A DNA stretch of 64,000 bases from Leptogorgia sarmentosa (GCA_964658305.1 OZ210885.1:22940001-23004000), one strand, 5' to 3'. Positions 12,911 through 26,531 are shown, numbered from the stretch's first letter. A program made the numbers and translations. The notes: generated from the sequence alone by a model not told the origin.

Positions 12911-13309
12911 TAACTGTCCGGTCCTGTGCGATGCAGGGGATGTCACAAAGATGTCATCAAGTTGATTCGTTGCTTAATCGGCCCTGGCTGTAAAAAAAGC
13001 CCGAATAAAAACAATAAAACGGTTTTATAAAATATCAAAAGAAAAACTCAACATTCGCTGTCTGTCTCACTTATACAATAACAAACCTTTATAGTTTATA
13101 TATGGGCATTGGGCATATCATTGTAAGATATAAATAGACCGTTCTGCAAATAGCTATGAATTTGTGACAATAGAATCTATTGAAAATTTGTCGGATGAGA
13201 TATTTTGATTAAAAAAATTTTTCCCTTGTTCGTTTTGTAGAGATATAGAAGTGTTCTCTTTGAGCAGCTAAATGCTCCTCACATCGTTGCCTCAAGCTAA
13301 GCCATATAT

Positions 13310-13775
13310 TTATTATATGGCTGAGATAAATGCTGCACGCTGATTGGTTGATTACCGGTCTGGAAAAATTCATCTTGTCCGCTCGTTAAACCACTGTACA
13401 AATAAAATTTTAAAGGAAGCTAAAGTTTATCATGCCATACAGTGTCGACGAAAAACACTCCCCTCCCCGAGTGAGTTTTACTATCCTGGAGAAACAAATT
13501 ACCCCAAATGTTACATGTCAAGCGAAGATAACACTGAACAAAACAGCAACAAAAACAGCCATGAAAACGTATTCTGGTCTTTTCTACAAAGTCAGAAAAA
13601 ATTGCGATTCAACAAAGCCATATAATAAATCCCTTATTAACCTCGTTTGCTCCTTCAGTACGGGAAAGTATTGCCTTCTGTTTTTATTGCACAGACCTCG
13701 CTCCTTCGTTGCTCGGTCTGTACGAAAAACCTCAGGCAATACTTTCCCGTACAGACCTCGCACTCGGTTAATAGG
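13310..13775 (+). mobile_element. Possible Crypton-derived non-autonomous remnant
   Basis: Inverted TTATTATATGGC / GCCATATAATAA pair and SEFYYPGE and NKTATKTAMK peptides, recalled as typical of invertebrate Crypton remnants. Confidence 0.35.
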
Positions 13776-14019
13776 CTTAATACACCACGAGGATGATGGA
13801 GCTTGTGTGTATGGGATGCAGATTTTTTTAGATTTGCATAAACTTTATCATTAACTTTTCGTTATATATGATTTCTTTCTAATAATACATCTGGCCAATA
13901 CATTGGTAAAATTGGAGAGTTTCACAAGGCGTTTGCAGCCTTCGCGCCGGTGCCGTCAAACTCCATGTTTTTTTCTGATATAAAAACTCTCGTCTTCAAT
14001 ACAACGAAGTATACACTGT

Positions 14020-14885
14020 GTGGACCGTGGACCTGCATGTGAACATAAGTCTGGGCAGCGTGAACGATTTACCTGGACTTGTAAGCACAAATGTGGACGA
14101 TATGGACAGTGTGGACTTGTGAACTTAAGTGTGGACATGGTGGACTGTGGACTTGTAAACTTAAATGTGGACAGTGTGGACTATGGACTTGTAAGCACAA
14201 GTGTGGACTGTGGACTTGTAAACTTAAATGTGGACAGTGTGGACTGTGGACTTGTAAGCACAAGTGTGGACAGTGTGGACTGTGGACCTGTAAACTTAAA
14301 TGTGGACAGTGTGGACTGTGGACTTGTAAACACAAGTGTGGACAGTGTGGACTGTGGACTTGTAAACTTAAGTGTGGACAGTGTGGACTGTGGATTGTAA
14401 ACACAAGTGTGGACAGTGTGGACTGTGGACTTGTAAACTTAAGTGTGGACTGTGGACTTGTAAGCACAAGTGTGGACAGTGTGGACTGTGGACTTGTAAA
14501 CACAAGTGTGGACAGTGTGGACTTGTAAGCACAAGTGTGGACAGTGTGGACTGTGGACTTGTAAGCACAAGTGTGAATGATGTGGACTCTTAAACTTAAG
14601 CGTGGACAGTATACTTGTAAGCACAATTATGTATGGTGTGTACTGTGGACTTGTTAGCTTTGTGTGAACGGTGTGGATTGTAAACTTGTGAACATAATTA
14701 TGGACTGTATGAACTTGCATTATTATTTAACATTCGTAGGTGTGAACTCACTTTACAGGTGAGGTTTCTGGCCTTACATGTAACACGTTGTTTAAACGAA
14801 GCATGTTCATGTATATACAGACTATTAAATATTAATATTTTCCGTTTGTGACGTAGTCTGTGCTCTTCTACCCGAGGAAACTGCC
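14020..14885 (-). repeat. Right TIR with TGTGGAC tandem array
   Basis: Inverted copy of the left TIR, including the unique terminal segment and the minisatellite. Confidence 0.92.
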
Positions 14886-14922
14886 CACCTAAATTAAAAT
14901 TTAATGTATTTTTCCTATTACA

Positions 14923-16535
14923 GGAAAAAAATATGTGGACCACTAGAAACACTGTGCAGTTCTAGTGACAGTGACTCAGCCGACGCTTCAAGTGAGGATC
15001 AATCCATACAGTATTACAATGGAAATCTTCTTCTGCCAATTTTTTCAGCGGATAACAAGATTCTTTCCCCTGTTGAGGTCATGAATATATTGTTTAATGT
15101 TGGAAGATCCGTGAGTACACAATTCGTCTGTACGCACCAGCCATTACACGTTGAACACAACAGAACGTTCGTGGTAGACCTTGAATCACTGAAATCTCAT
15201 GAAGATATAAAATGTGATGACATTGGTAGCTGGAAGAACCAAAGCCAAAACAAGTTTTTTTTCACGAAAGATGAGAGTGAGTGGTTGTTGATGGAAAAGA
15301 AAGATGAAGAAATTTCTAAACTTGAATGCATGACACTCAAGAGACAATACTTTTCCTTACAAGGTGATGGGGAAGACTTCAGAAGGCGGATTGATATTGT
15401 AACTAGTAAGTTGATTATTGCTGTAACCGAATTCCTTGGTGTTTATTCTTGAGCAGAAATTGATACCGCGTCGTTGAATCATCACGTGATGCATTGAGTC
15501 ACCGTCGAGTCATAGATTCTAATATCACTATACTCCCGTAACATCATTAGAATAAGAAAAATACTGTGATACAGAGTTCAATAACTATGCTAAAATATGA
15601 ATATCGACGGAAATCAGAAACATTTGCAAGAATTTTTTAATTTATTGTAAAAAATGTAGAAAAGGGTCTGAAATGAAAACGGTTTGTGAAACGTTAATAT
15701 TAATATTGCAAAATGACGTACTCTGGCATACAAATATTCTGTTATTTAAAGATTTTGATCTTTATCTAGTGCCTGACGGCAGTATCCACAGGTATTGTTT
15801 GGTACAGTACTCTTTCAAGGGAGGAAAAGAACATCGCATCGAACAGCATCAACATCGCAACTCCAAGGGCAATACAGCATCAACAAAGTATGTGCGTACT
15901 TGGGCAAGCACAAAATCACTTGTGAAGAGTCTTTGCCAAGAGAACAAGCCCCGCGAAGTAATGCTGCAAACAAGCCCACAGCTTTTATCGGAGATGTAAG
16001 AGTGGCCCCAGAACTGCTTTGCGTGATGACGACTGATCGACAACTGAGCGATCTGAAACGCTTTTGTTGCAACCCCCTTGAGTAACGCCCTTTTACGGTT
16101 GATCCGACATTAGACATTGGTAACTACGACATCACACCAATTACATACCAGCACCTGCTACTCGAAAACCGACGAGATGGAGGCCATCCCTCTTTAATTG
16201 GTCCAGTCCTACGTGAGAAGAAGACAACGGAAACGTACTCCACTTTCAGCGGTGAGTTAAGAATATTAGAACCAGATCTGCGAGATGCTATGGTGTTTGG
16301 CACAGATGACGAAAAGGCCTTAATTACGGGATTCAAAAATACGTTTGATAGATCGATAAATCTGCTATGCGAAATTCACTTGAAGAAAAATGCGGAAAAG
16401 AAACTCCAAGAAATCGGCATAACTGGAAAAATCAAGGGGGATATCGTGGCTGACATCTTTCGCAGAAACACAGGCAGTGTCTACGAAAGTGGTTTAATTG
16501 ATGCAGAAAATGAAGAGAAGTTCGATAACATGCTT
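14923..16535 (+). pseudogene. MULE/Mutator transposase, N-terminal and catalytic part (exons about 14923-15406 and 15770-16535), degraded
   Basis: PLHVEHNRTFVVDL..DIKCDDIGSW; FTVDPT, VFGTDDEKAL, LLCEIHLKKN (D, D, CxxH); stops and frameshifts; truncated by an insertion at 16536. Confidence 0.8.
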
Positions 16536-18650
16536 ACCTACGGTGGCTCAGAAGGGCCATCGCTCTCGGTTATCATGCGACTTACCGGTCGTGCTTCCAA
16601 TTTGGAGCCCCGTAGTTCCAGTTAAGGTGCCACTTAAACCGCGAGTTAGGGCGCCACTGCCCACATGCAACTTGGATGTGAGTTGTCAGAGTTGTCAGAA
16701 CGAAGATGTCGTTGAGCGAAGTTGTTGAGGTATTTATTAAGTTACATTTTTAAGATAATTTAAAACAAACGTCGTCTACCGGTCTACGTACATAACTACA
16801 TAATGTATATTTATACAGGTTGTCAAATTTTTGAGAGAAAAGAGATGTTGCGAGGAGAGAGTATGCGAAAAGTTCCGAATAGAAAAGGTTGGTCTATAAT
16901 ATATATCAAATATCTTCTGACTTCGGAATAAGTCAGCGGTCGGGGCAGTGTTATTGTCCCGCCTGCGTCGGTGTTTACCATGATGATCTCCGCGGTTTTC
17001 CGCGTTTGGTGACGAAGATCGCTCGATGGGCGATGTACGATCACTACGGCTACGTTTACGAGTTGATTTATCAGACATCCTGCAAATCTAAAGCTCAAAA
17101 GTGAAGTAAAGGCTTAAAACAGTACGAAAACTTACCGTATGAGTATACTTACGTGAGTGAGCATGAGGAAAAAAGCCGACGGTGCACCAGGGGGTTGGCG
17201 TATTTATATCCGGGGTCATGTGACCTTTCTCTTTTCTTTCCTTTTCTCTTCCGGTTCCGGAAGCATTGAAACGTGAGTTAGAGCACGGTAAGGCAAGCTT
17301 TACCATATGTTTTCCCATATATTTCGACCGGAGTTTGTCAAGTATAATTGATATATGTGTCTTAAAATCCCAGCAAATATTCAATATTCAAACAAAGAAA
17401 ATAATCAGAGAAATTGAGGACAATATTAGGGCATGTTTTCAGTTGGCTTTTAGTTATAAAGCCCGAAGTGAACTTACATCGTGTTAAAGTCAAAGAGGTA
17501 AGGAATATTCCCTTCGAATCTAAGGAATTGACCGCAATACGAAGCGAGGTTTTTCGACTCGGTGTCTCCTGAATTTGTGCCAAAATTATTTTTTTTGTTT
17601 CATTGTGTTTGATCGCATATAGCAAAAAAAGTTCAAAAATTTAAGTGACAATATTTCTACCAATGAAAGATGTACTAACGGGGTAGCCATCCTTTAATTT
17701 GCTAAGATATGGTAGGAGTGCAAGGTATTAAAAATTTCAAAAATCGAAAGCCGGGTGGAAGTGCAAAAGTCGTCGTGATGAAGGATAAAATGCTCGCTTG
17801 AAGACAAATAACGTTTGCCTATTGTTTATGGTTTTTTGACCATAGATAATCATACCTATATGACGAACAGGTATTCTCTTTTTAATTTAACATACAAAAT
17901 TGGCAAAAAAACGCACAAGTGTCTTCTGAATTCGCTAAAGAAAACCTATTCGAGCCCGAGAAATTTTGCAACTCTAATCAAATTTTCATGTCGTACTAAT
18001 CACGATATTGCAAAAAATGTTCAAAAAATTATGCCATAAAATTTGAGAAGAATAAAGATTAGTGTTTTTTCAACGTCCCTTTAAAAAAGCTAAGATACGG
18101 CTCATTTCTCAGTTATGAAAAAAGTGAAACGTTTTACACACACAACAAATTGAACAATGGAAGCCATAATGATGTTGACTTTCAATGAGTGAAATGTTCG
18201 CAATATTCTTTAAGGAATGGTTTAAAACCTTGGGCCGTTTCACCGCCCTATCTTATAACCGCCCTGGCTATACCATAGCTATACTGTCACATGACGCGAA
18301 TTAATGTTAATTAGTGTAATAATAAATTATGCTAAACAGAACAATATTTATCAATCGAGTCGAATGGCGGGATTGTCTATCTCCAGTGAAAGAGTGTTGC
18401 TGTTCCCTGTTTTCCCAAATCCCTTCCTATTTTCGTCCGAGATTATGGTAGCCCGACTTACTTGTTTAAGTACTACCCCATCAAACCCTGCATACGACAG
18501 TGAAAGCAAAAACTTAACAAGTGCCGCACTTGTTTCCTGGTTTTACTCACTGATATTTGCCATGTGAGTTGCTGCAAACATGCGAGCGCCCAGGATTAAA
18601 TAATGCTGCTGGAAGTAATTAAAGTCCTTATTTCTCTTGTGCCTTTGTAG

Positions 18651-18840
18651 ACCAGCAGAATGTACGGATGCCCCTTACTATGGTGGAGTATCAATTTGAA
18701 CGAGAAACACATCCTTTTACAATAACAAAGCATGGTAATCAGAAGAAGGCTGACACCTGTTCCTCCTACAGAAGAACACAACAAAGTACGCTTGACAAAC
18801 TTAAAACAGAACTTGTGACATGTCACCCAAGGAAAGCTAC
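18651..18840 (+). pseudogene. Fragment of a second MULE-type transposase
   Basis: MVEYQF..KHGNQK..YRRTQQST parallels LVQYSF..QHRNSK..YVRTWAST at 15800-15915. Confidence 0.55.
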
Positions 18841-18860
18841 AGGGAGGGGGGGGGGGGAGG

Positions 18861-21395
18861 GAGGTGGGTAGTGGGGCATCCTGATGCTTTGACCAAATTT
18901 CGGTGATAATTTTGACGTTCAACTAATGCTCTCCTACTGTCGCTGCAGTATTTCTGTATTGCATGTTTCATTGGACAAAGAATTTGGTCACATGTATCCT
19001 TACCATGCTGTGGCTCGGAAAAATCATAACGCATAATCTTAATGCCAACCCGTTGACCTAAATCGTTCAGAGAAGCTGGAAGAAAGTTATTATGGTAACA
19101 CCCAGCTTCATCTGAACGCAAATAGACCTGGGATATATTGGCTTTACTCTGATGCAGAACTTGAAGAAGATTTTCTAGGAGAGATAAGACGGAGTACCAG
19201 TCTTGAGTACACGAGTCCATCAAACGTGCATAAGAACAACTTCCAGCTGACTTGTTTCTGGGTGTCTAGTAATAACGCTACTTACGTGCCAACTCATTCC
19301 CCTCTTTGCGTACCACTCAGATTGTTTTTCCCTGAAGCGACGCTGCGTAAATTTCATTGCCCAGTCCATTACAATTAGGGCGAAATTCTTGTCCAGATTT
19401 CCAAGAACGTTTTGCTTGGCCATTTCTTGGTTACAAGAGCAAAGAATGTGAGCATTTCCATTTGAGAATGTTTTCTTTGCACTTACCGAAATCGTGCATG
19501 TAGTCTCCTTTTTGTTCATTAGAATACATGTGCTTGAATGAGTTTGAATAATGTTCTCAATATCACTCAAGACGAATTTGAGCTCTTCACATCTGTCGCA
19601 GAAAAGATTATGTTCATGATTGCAAGATTTCTGAAAACAAGCCAGTTTTGAATCGCTTAACGCAAAACTTCTACAGTGATCAGGGCATGGGCTTTCATCT
19701 TCGCAATGTACACTGTAGTCGGTTCTGAGATATAGTATAGCATTGTTTAATTTTCTTAATGAATTCTCAATCCATTGTTTTGTTACACCTAGAACCTCCA
19801 TTTCAATAACGATTTTCCTCAAATTTTCAAATGCATTTGAACCTTCTGCAGCAATATTATCGATGCCTTGCAATGACTTCCGCTCAGACGCTTCCCTAAC
19901 TTCTAATACCCTAAACAACGTAGCCCGACTCAGTGGTTCCACTCCCTCTTCTTCGCAGTGTATGAAGTACTGCTGAATTAGTGTTGATCTGATTACATTT
20001 CGGATTATGTTGGGCATCGTCAACGTTTGTCCAGAATCGAGTTTGAGCTTTCGTGTGCCATATGCTACATCTTGGTAGAAATACGGTCTGTTGGCAAAGG
20101 CAAGGAAATGATCCAGTTTTGTTGTATCAACTCTGATTCGAGAATATTTTTGTTTCTCAATAATATTTGCTGGGCATGAAGTCTGGCTTTTCTGATCTGC
20201 CACATAGTAACTTTTGCATAAGGCTCGTGTAACTTCATAAGTATTCTTGCAGGATAATTATGCGCATGGATACTCAAAATCTGCAATTTTAGGTTTCGTG
20301 TGGTGGCATTCTTGTATGCAGTCATTAGGGCCGCAAGTTTATCGGAGACATGAATATCACTTGTAGAATTCATAGCTTGAAAAAGCTCTTTGCCAGCGTT
20401 TGGAGCAATCACTTCACAAATCACTTGGCATGCTTCAGTTGCCTTTTCAATACACACTTTCTCACTATGTGTAGTTTCATCCCAACTGCTATTTAGTCGA
20501 AATGACAATGGGGAGATTTCTTTGAAAGACGTTAAACTTGCCAGATGAGACATAGATTCGTTGTAGACATCAGTTGTTGACGGGCTGGATTGGTTGTCAT
20601 AACTTGAAGAGGAGTAATCAAGTAAAGTTGCATTGCCAGGGGTCCACATGTCAGCCACATCTGGACTGACCAAGACAGTTGGAGGAGAGGTAGTCCCAGA
20701 AAGAAGTGATGGCGATAGTGATGTCATTTCCAATCTGTTGATAAAAGATCATAATTTTATCACAATATACCTCAGCCGAAACGAATTACCACAGTCCTGT
20801 TTTATCCACGGTGAATCTTAAGGTGGTAGAAAAGTTCCCTTCCCCAAAATTTTCCTGGAATGAAAAAGGCTGTAGTAGCTACATATTTCGGCAATTTCAC
20901 TCTGTCTAAAGTATGTAATTGACCACATCCATATCATGTATATACTCTATGCTTGTAACAAGAACCAACATAAACAGTAAATAGCACCTACTGGTCTGCG
21001 ATAACAGTGACAGACTCTGTGTCAGCTTTCAATCTGACCCATTCACTTTCTTTACTCATTTTTTCTTCATGCTTTCCTCTACATTCTCGGCATATTGCTA
21101 AAAATAGAGAAAGGTTTATGCTGTATTTTTGAAGAAAAAGCTCAAGAAACCATTTTAAGACAACAATAAGCACTTGCGAGATCCAAAAGGCACTGTTTTC
21201 CCAAAGAGTAAATGAGCATCTTTGGTAAGCTGTAGGGTTATGACACGAGTCCCCGTAACGGCAGAGTTTGAACCAGTATAAAGTGGGTATTGGCAAACAC
21301 GCGATGGACGCCAGAATTTCCCCAAATTGAACCGATGGTTGGGGCAAATTTTCATGTGTTGCAGTTGTTCATGGGAAATATCAAACATTCCGCAA
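18861..21395 (-). pseudogene. Sola3-like transposase, spliced, frameshifted and 3'-truncated
   Basis: MDWAMKF, WYAKRGMSWH, RSDEAGCYH, FSEPQHGKDTCD; N-terminal ICPNHR and CQYP/CRECR motifs in upstream exons. Confidence 0.7.
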
Positions 21396-21762
21396 CGCAA
21401 TAAAATGAAAAATAATATAAGAATGCCAAATCTGAATACATATTTATTACCCACCAATAATGGCTAATAAATGAGAGAAATATGAAGGAAAATAATTTTG
21501 AGTAGTGAAGTCAGTACGTAAATGTTAGGGAGACAGCCTCTTAGTTGCTGGTTAATATCGTAAGAATGACCATCTTATTAAACCTCTTATCTGACCCCAA
21601 TATGAATAAGGTTTCTACGATTTTAGCAGGTCTTCTTTTTGCATTCTTTACTCCTTCCAGTATCTATCTGCCCTTTTAGCTACATATCATGCCCCCCCCC
21701 CGTGCAATTTCGGGTTTTCCTATACTACAAAGGATTTTTACTTGCTCGTATCAAATTTAGGT

Positions 21763-22971
21763 ATGATCGAACGCCAATCTCAAAATGTCCAATGGGCTAT
21801 CATTAATAAAGGCCCATTTCAATTACACCCTTCCTTAAGTCATTTTATCCTGCCCGCCGAAATATGGCTATCGATGGCAGAAGATGAGAAAGTGTCTTAT
21901 CTAAAAAGGGTTATGAGCAGCCGGATCCCGGATGATTTTCCGTCCCAGACTGTTTTCCACCTGAGTCTATCCCAAACGATTCTCCACCTGAACCTACATC
22001 TGTGTCAGTATGTGGTCCATCTTCTCTTGATATCTTGGCAAATGCTGCATTATCAGAGTCACTTGAAGATACTACAGATGCGAATGCGTCAGATATGTCA
22101 TTGACATTTTCTGAATTCAATGTCTATCTTCATGGACAGCCACAAGAAACGGTAAGGGGCATGTGGGAAAAGGCTATACAAATTTGTTCGTCACCCGAAA
22201 AGATGTCAGCTGCCCCAGGCTGTGCACCAACTTCGAGAATGGTAGCAAGCCATCGATTCAAGGACCGGCCACACCTCGTGACGAAAGGGAGGGCAGACGG
22301 GGAGTACAAGTGCGAAAAAAGTTGCCCACACTGGAATGGTATAAAGATATGCTCTCATACCATCGCTGCTGCTTAATCGAATGGAGATCTTTTGAAATTT
22401 CTGGCATGGTACAAGCAGAAAAGAAGTACTAAGGCACCGAATTTGTCCGCAGTTGTGCGCACAGACATGCCCCAAAATCCCGGAAGAAAGGGCGACGCTC
22501 CTGTTACTTCAAGAAGAGCGACTCCTAAACTACCTGTTGATGCATGATGAAAGCGTACGTACAGTGTCAGCAAAGCTCCTGTGCCCATCACAGCAGAGAT
22601 ACCAAATACAAACCCAATTTTACATGAAGAAGATGAACGTCCGAATTCAGGTATGCCAGGGATGTAGAGGCTCATTGAAGTCGGCAGGAGGACAAATACA
22701 GCCCCCTCCATTTGACTGTTGTGTAGCAAGAAAGGAAAAACGACAATACCGGGATGAAACTGGTCAACTGAAGACTCCTACCAGACACTCAGAAGCACAT
22801 TATCACCTGCGAGCGGCGTGCATCAAAGCAGCTGAACCTTCAGTCGTCACATCCTCTCTTGTGATACCAGACGACATGCAATTAACTGAGGTCCATGAAC
22901 ACTACCTTGTCCAAGAATTTGGTAATTTTTTGGAAGAACTGATTAAGTGCGTTACAATAACTGGACTATGA
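21763..22971 (+). pseudogene. C-terminal part of the MULE transposase (SWIM finger and C-terminal Zn finger)
   Basis: WAIINKGPFQL; SWIM YKCEKSCPHWNGIKICSH; CQGC...HYHLRAAC; several stops. Confidence 0.75.
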
Positions 22972-23499
22972 TACTTTTGTTGGTTTGTGTTATATTTTTT
23001 GTTATTCATAATTCATATAGCTTGTAACTACAGTACATATTTCACATACAGTGGGTTACATGTAGCTATTTAAGTGTTGTGTTGGGTCGCATTTACATTA
23101 TGTGGTAACTTATAATCTAGTAAAAAAAAAGCATTTCTAAAACGAAGTTGTTTTTAAAATTCTAAAATTGGGTTGAAAATACAGCCTCGCAAAGTTTGCA
23201 ATTTCTTTATTATAATTTATTAGGCAATGCACCGAAACTGATACCACCTTGTGTCTCAAAAATAGAATAGCAATTTCCACACGCGATTCAAAAATACGTA
23301 TCATTTACGCTCTGACCCATGCGAGAGCTCTAAGAAAAGTTACGGCCAGGCATAGGATGGCCAACAACATTTTTGCAAGCTGTTCGTAATTTTAATTCAA
23401 GTCTGTAATCTTGAACATCAGTGATACCGCAAAAACCACAACACAACGCGCTCCGAATTATTAATACGGAAAACAGTCAATTAAGGATATATATTTAGT

Positions 23500-23562
23500 A
23501 TTTTACAAGGTTAATTTTGCGGTAATTCCGGTATTCCGGCGTTCCTTCTTTTACTACATGCC
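23500..23562. repeat. Probable right terminus of the MULE element
   Basis: TTCCGGTATTCCGGCGTTCCTTCTTTTACTACATGCC (GGC terminus on -), followed at once by resumed Academ coding sequence. Confidence 0.55.
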
Positions 23563-25117
23563 CCCAACATCAGTTTTTTCCCAAGTATTGAAGACCACAA
23601 ACAGCAAAGGCTGAACTACATAATATTGGTGTCCAGAATTATGGTTGAACACTTTGATGCATTTTCAGTGTTCAAGGATGTATGCATTTGGCACATGCTT
23701 CACAAGTATAGCAAGGCTATGTCAACAAAATCAACTCAGGTAAACTGCAACTTAAAGGGCAACATCATTTGAGAGCATTAAATTCAAGATTAAGATTGAT
23801 GTCAATTAGTTAATAACTAATTTATGTGATGTGTCAAACATGTAAACACTGTCACACTTGTAAAGACATTCCAGTATATTATTATCTTTAGACACCACTT
23901 GGCATCATCTTTAAAAATGAAAATGTTAATGAAGACATGATGTGCATCTTGAAGCAGTTTCATTCATACCTCCCAACTCTTGAAGGTGATCAGTTTGATG
24001 GGCAGCTGTTTGCAGGTGACCAATTAACAGTTGAGAGAGCTACAAATGTTATCTCGTCAGTATCCAATGGTTACACTCCACAGGACCGCCTTGATGGTAT
24101 ACATCTACAGCTTGGTGATTGGCATACATGTGTGAAGATATTAGAGGTAAAAGACTGAAAGTATATTAATTCTATTTTTGATAATATACCATTCTCTAAT
24201 TTCCATGATAGCTAGTTCATAAATTAAACTCATAATATTTAGACAAGAATTTTTGTCAGCCTATTTTTAGGTAAAGAGACAGTGATAGAGGAAGCTCTGA
24301 TTATTTCATGATTCCACTTGCATAATTACTATGTTGTTCATAATCTTAATCTTGCCAGTAGTTGGTACTAACAGAACATTTTGGTGAATGTTCTCAAATA
24401 AGCAAGAAAATATTAATGCTTTGAAACATTAGTTCCCATATTGCATAAAATATTTTTGCATGCAAGCTGTGAGCCAATGATGATAATTTGCATCCTGAAG
24501 CACTCCATGCATGTATTACCCTGAATCCCTGATTAGCTTGCATGCACACATATTTTACACACATTTAGCCAGAAGAGGGGGTGGTGGGGGGGGATGTGCA
24601 CCCTACATCTCCCCATTCCTTGATGCCCCTGGTCCTGCCAATTAGTGGAAAGCAGATTAGCCAGTATATCGTGGTACTTAATTAGGTCATGAAAAGCTAC
24701 AAATACATATGGGTTCTTTAAGAACTGATAGCATTGAATGATATGATTATAGCAAAAAGCTAATAAAAGGAAGAGAAACCCCTAAGGGTTATTGAGGACT
24801 TGAATCTTCCACTACATTTCTCTTCAAGTTATTCTTAATTACCTATAATCATACAACAATACACTAGTCTACTTACAATACTTAAAACACTTAGTCTTTA
24901 CATGTGTTGTAAATGCGTTCGTCCATAGTAATTATGTAATTATGTAAATACTCGTGTATATAAGCTTGAATGATGATTAAAAAGTATGTGTGCAACGGAA
25001 CTGTGTTGGTGAGCTTGCGGGGAGCAGTTAGAAAGCCGTGGCGTAACATTTGGCCAGGATCTCAAAGAGTTTTTATACGAAGAGACATATCTATACGATA
25101 TATACGAATACGATAGA

Positions 25118-26500
25118 ATGGAAACCCGTTCAAGAACGGCAGCTAAGCGAGAAGTCAATGAAACGGAATAAATCCAGGAGATTGAAGGCGAAGCTGGTGT
25201 TTCGTCAATAAATAAATCTCATAATAATGGAGAACATCTGATCGAAGAAGTGCAACGACAGGGAACATTATTAACAGCAATTTGTGAAAAGCAAGAAGAA
25301 AAGCTGCAAAGACAAAACGAAAAGATTGAGAAACTGGAAGAACAGAACGAAACGTTACGGTCGATAATCTCGCGCCAGTATTACCATATGGAAGAAATCC
25401 GGCCAACCGTGGATAGTCTAATTGGTGCAGTGAATGTAACTGCTGAGCGTATTGTGAGCGTTCACCATACTCTAATAGATAAGGCTAAAAAAACATGAAA
25501 GAGGAACTTAAGCAGGAATTAGACCGCACGTTTACTGCCGCAGTGAAAGCAATGGAAGCACAAGTATACAACCAATTGGCGGAGAAACTTGAGCATGATA
25601 AGATGAAAGGTGAAAAAATCGAATTGTCCACACCTGCGACATTCGAAATATCGCGGGAAAGACCTGAGTTGCCCACCCGAAGTCCGTCGCAAGCGTCGCC
25701 AGAATTCCACCGGACTACAAAGACGGTGGAAAACACCTCACAACTGACCCGTAGTCCCACGTCGGTAAGACTGAAAGCACCTACCTTTGACGGCACGATG
25801 ACTTGGGAGGCGTACTTCACCCAATTTGAAATTATTGCGAATTTGAATGAATGGGAACCCGAGGATAAGGCTGCATTTCTCGCCGCAAGTTTACGTGGGA
25901 AAGCCCTGACGGTATTATCAAATCTCTCTCAAGAAAGTCGCTGCAATTTCGCTGCGTCTGGCATTAGAAAGTCGTTTTGGCAACAAGAAGCACGTCGAAC
26001 TGAATCGAGCTAAATTGAAGAATCGTATGCGAAAACGAGATGAAAGCTTACCCGAACTGGCAGAGGATATCGAGATATTGGCAAGATTGGCCTACCCGGA
26101 TGGTTCAACTGCAGTATTGGATGTTGTTTGTAAAGATCAGTTCATTCAAGCATTGTATGATGATGATATTCGACTGAAGGTAGCGCAGAGTCGACCCCAG
26201 TCCCTTTACTCAGCGTTGGAGACAGCACTCGAGCTTGAATTGTTTTTATTAGCAAGTCGGCGTCACACACGTCCTGTACAAAGTATTCGAACAACGACTG
26301 GATACTCCTCACGGAGAAAATGCAACATTACTTCTCAAGGCCGCGAGAGAAGCGATCGCCGAGAGCACGCGGAACTTTCAAGGGAAAATGTTGGAATTGC
26401 AACAAGGAAGGACATATGCAATGCGACTGTAAGGAAGAGCCGAGAACACAGGAATCGGGAAACGGACGCTAGCCGGGTTTGCTGGGCAGAACTCGGCTAG
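25118..26500 (+). pseudogene. gag: Gypsy gag, frameshifted
   Basis: KAPTFDGTMTWEAYFTQFE and ESLPELAEDIE; CCHC-knuckle remnant in an alternative frame near 26390-26430. Confidence 0.8.
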
Positions 26501-26531
26501 ACAACAGAAGGCCCACACAAATCAACAGGAT

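Larger units (their letters stand above)
1621..14885 (-). mobile_element. 13.3-kb foldback-like TIR DNA transposon with MULE-like DDE-OTU-CXC transposase and a DUF3987-like ATPase gene
   Basis: Starts GGCAGTTTCCTCGGGTAGAAG at 1621, ends CTTCTACCCGAGGAAACTGCC at 14885; perfect 8-bp TSD CACCTAAA at 1613-1620 and 14886-14893; TIRs of about 0.85-1.1 kb. Confidence 0.92.

Noticed and set aside
14020..14720. Mirror set of repetitive ORFs
   Set aside because: Same minisatellite in the right TIR
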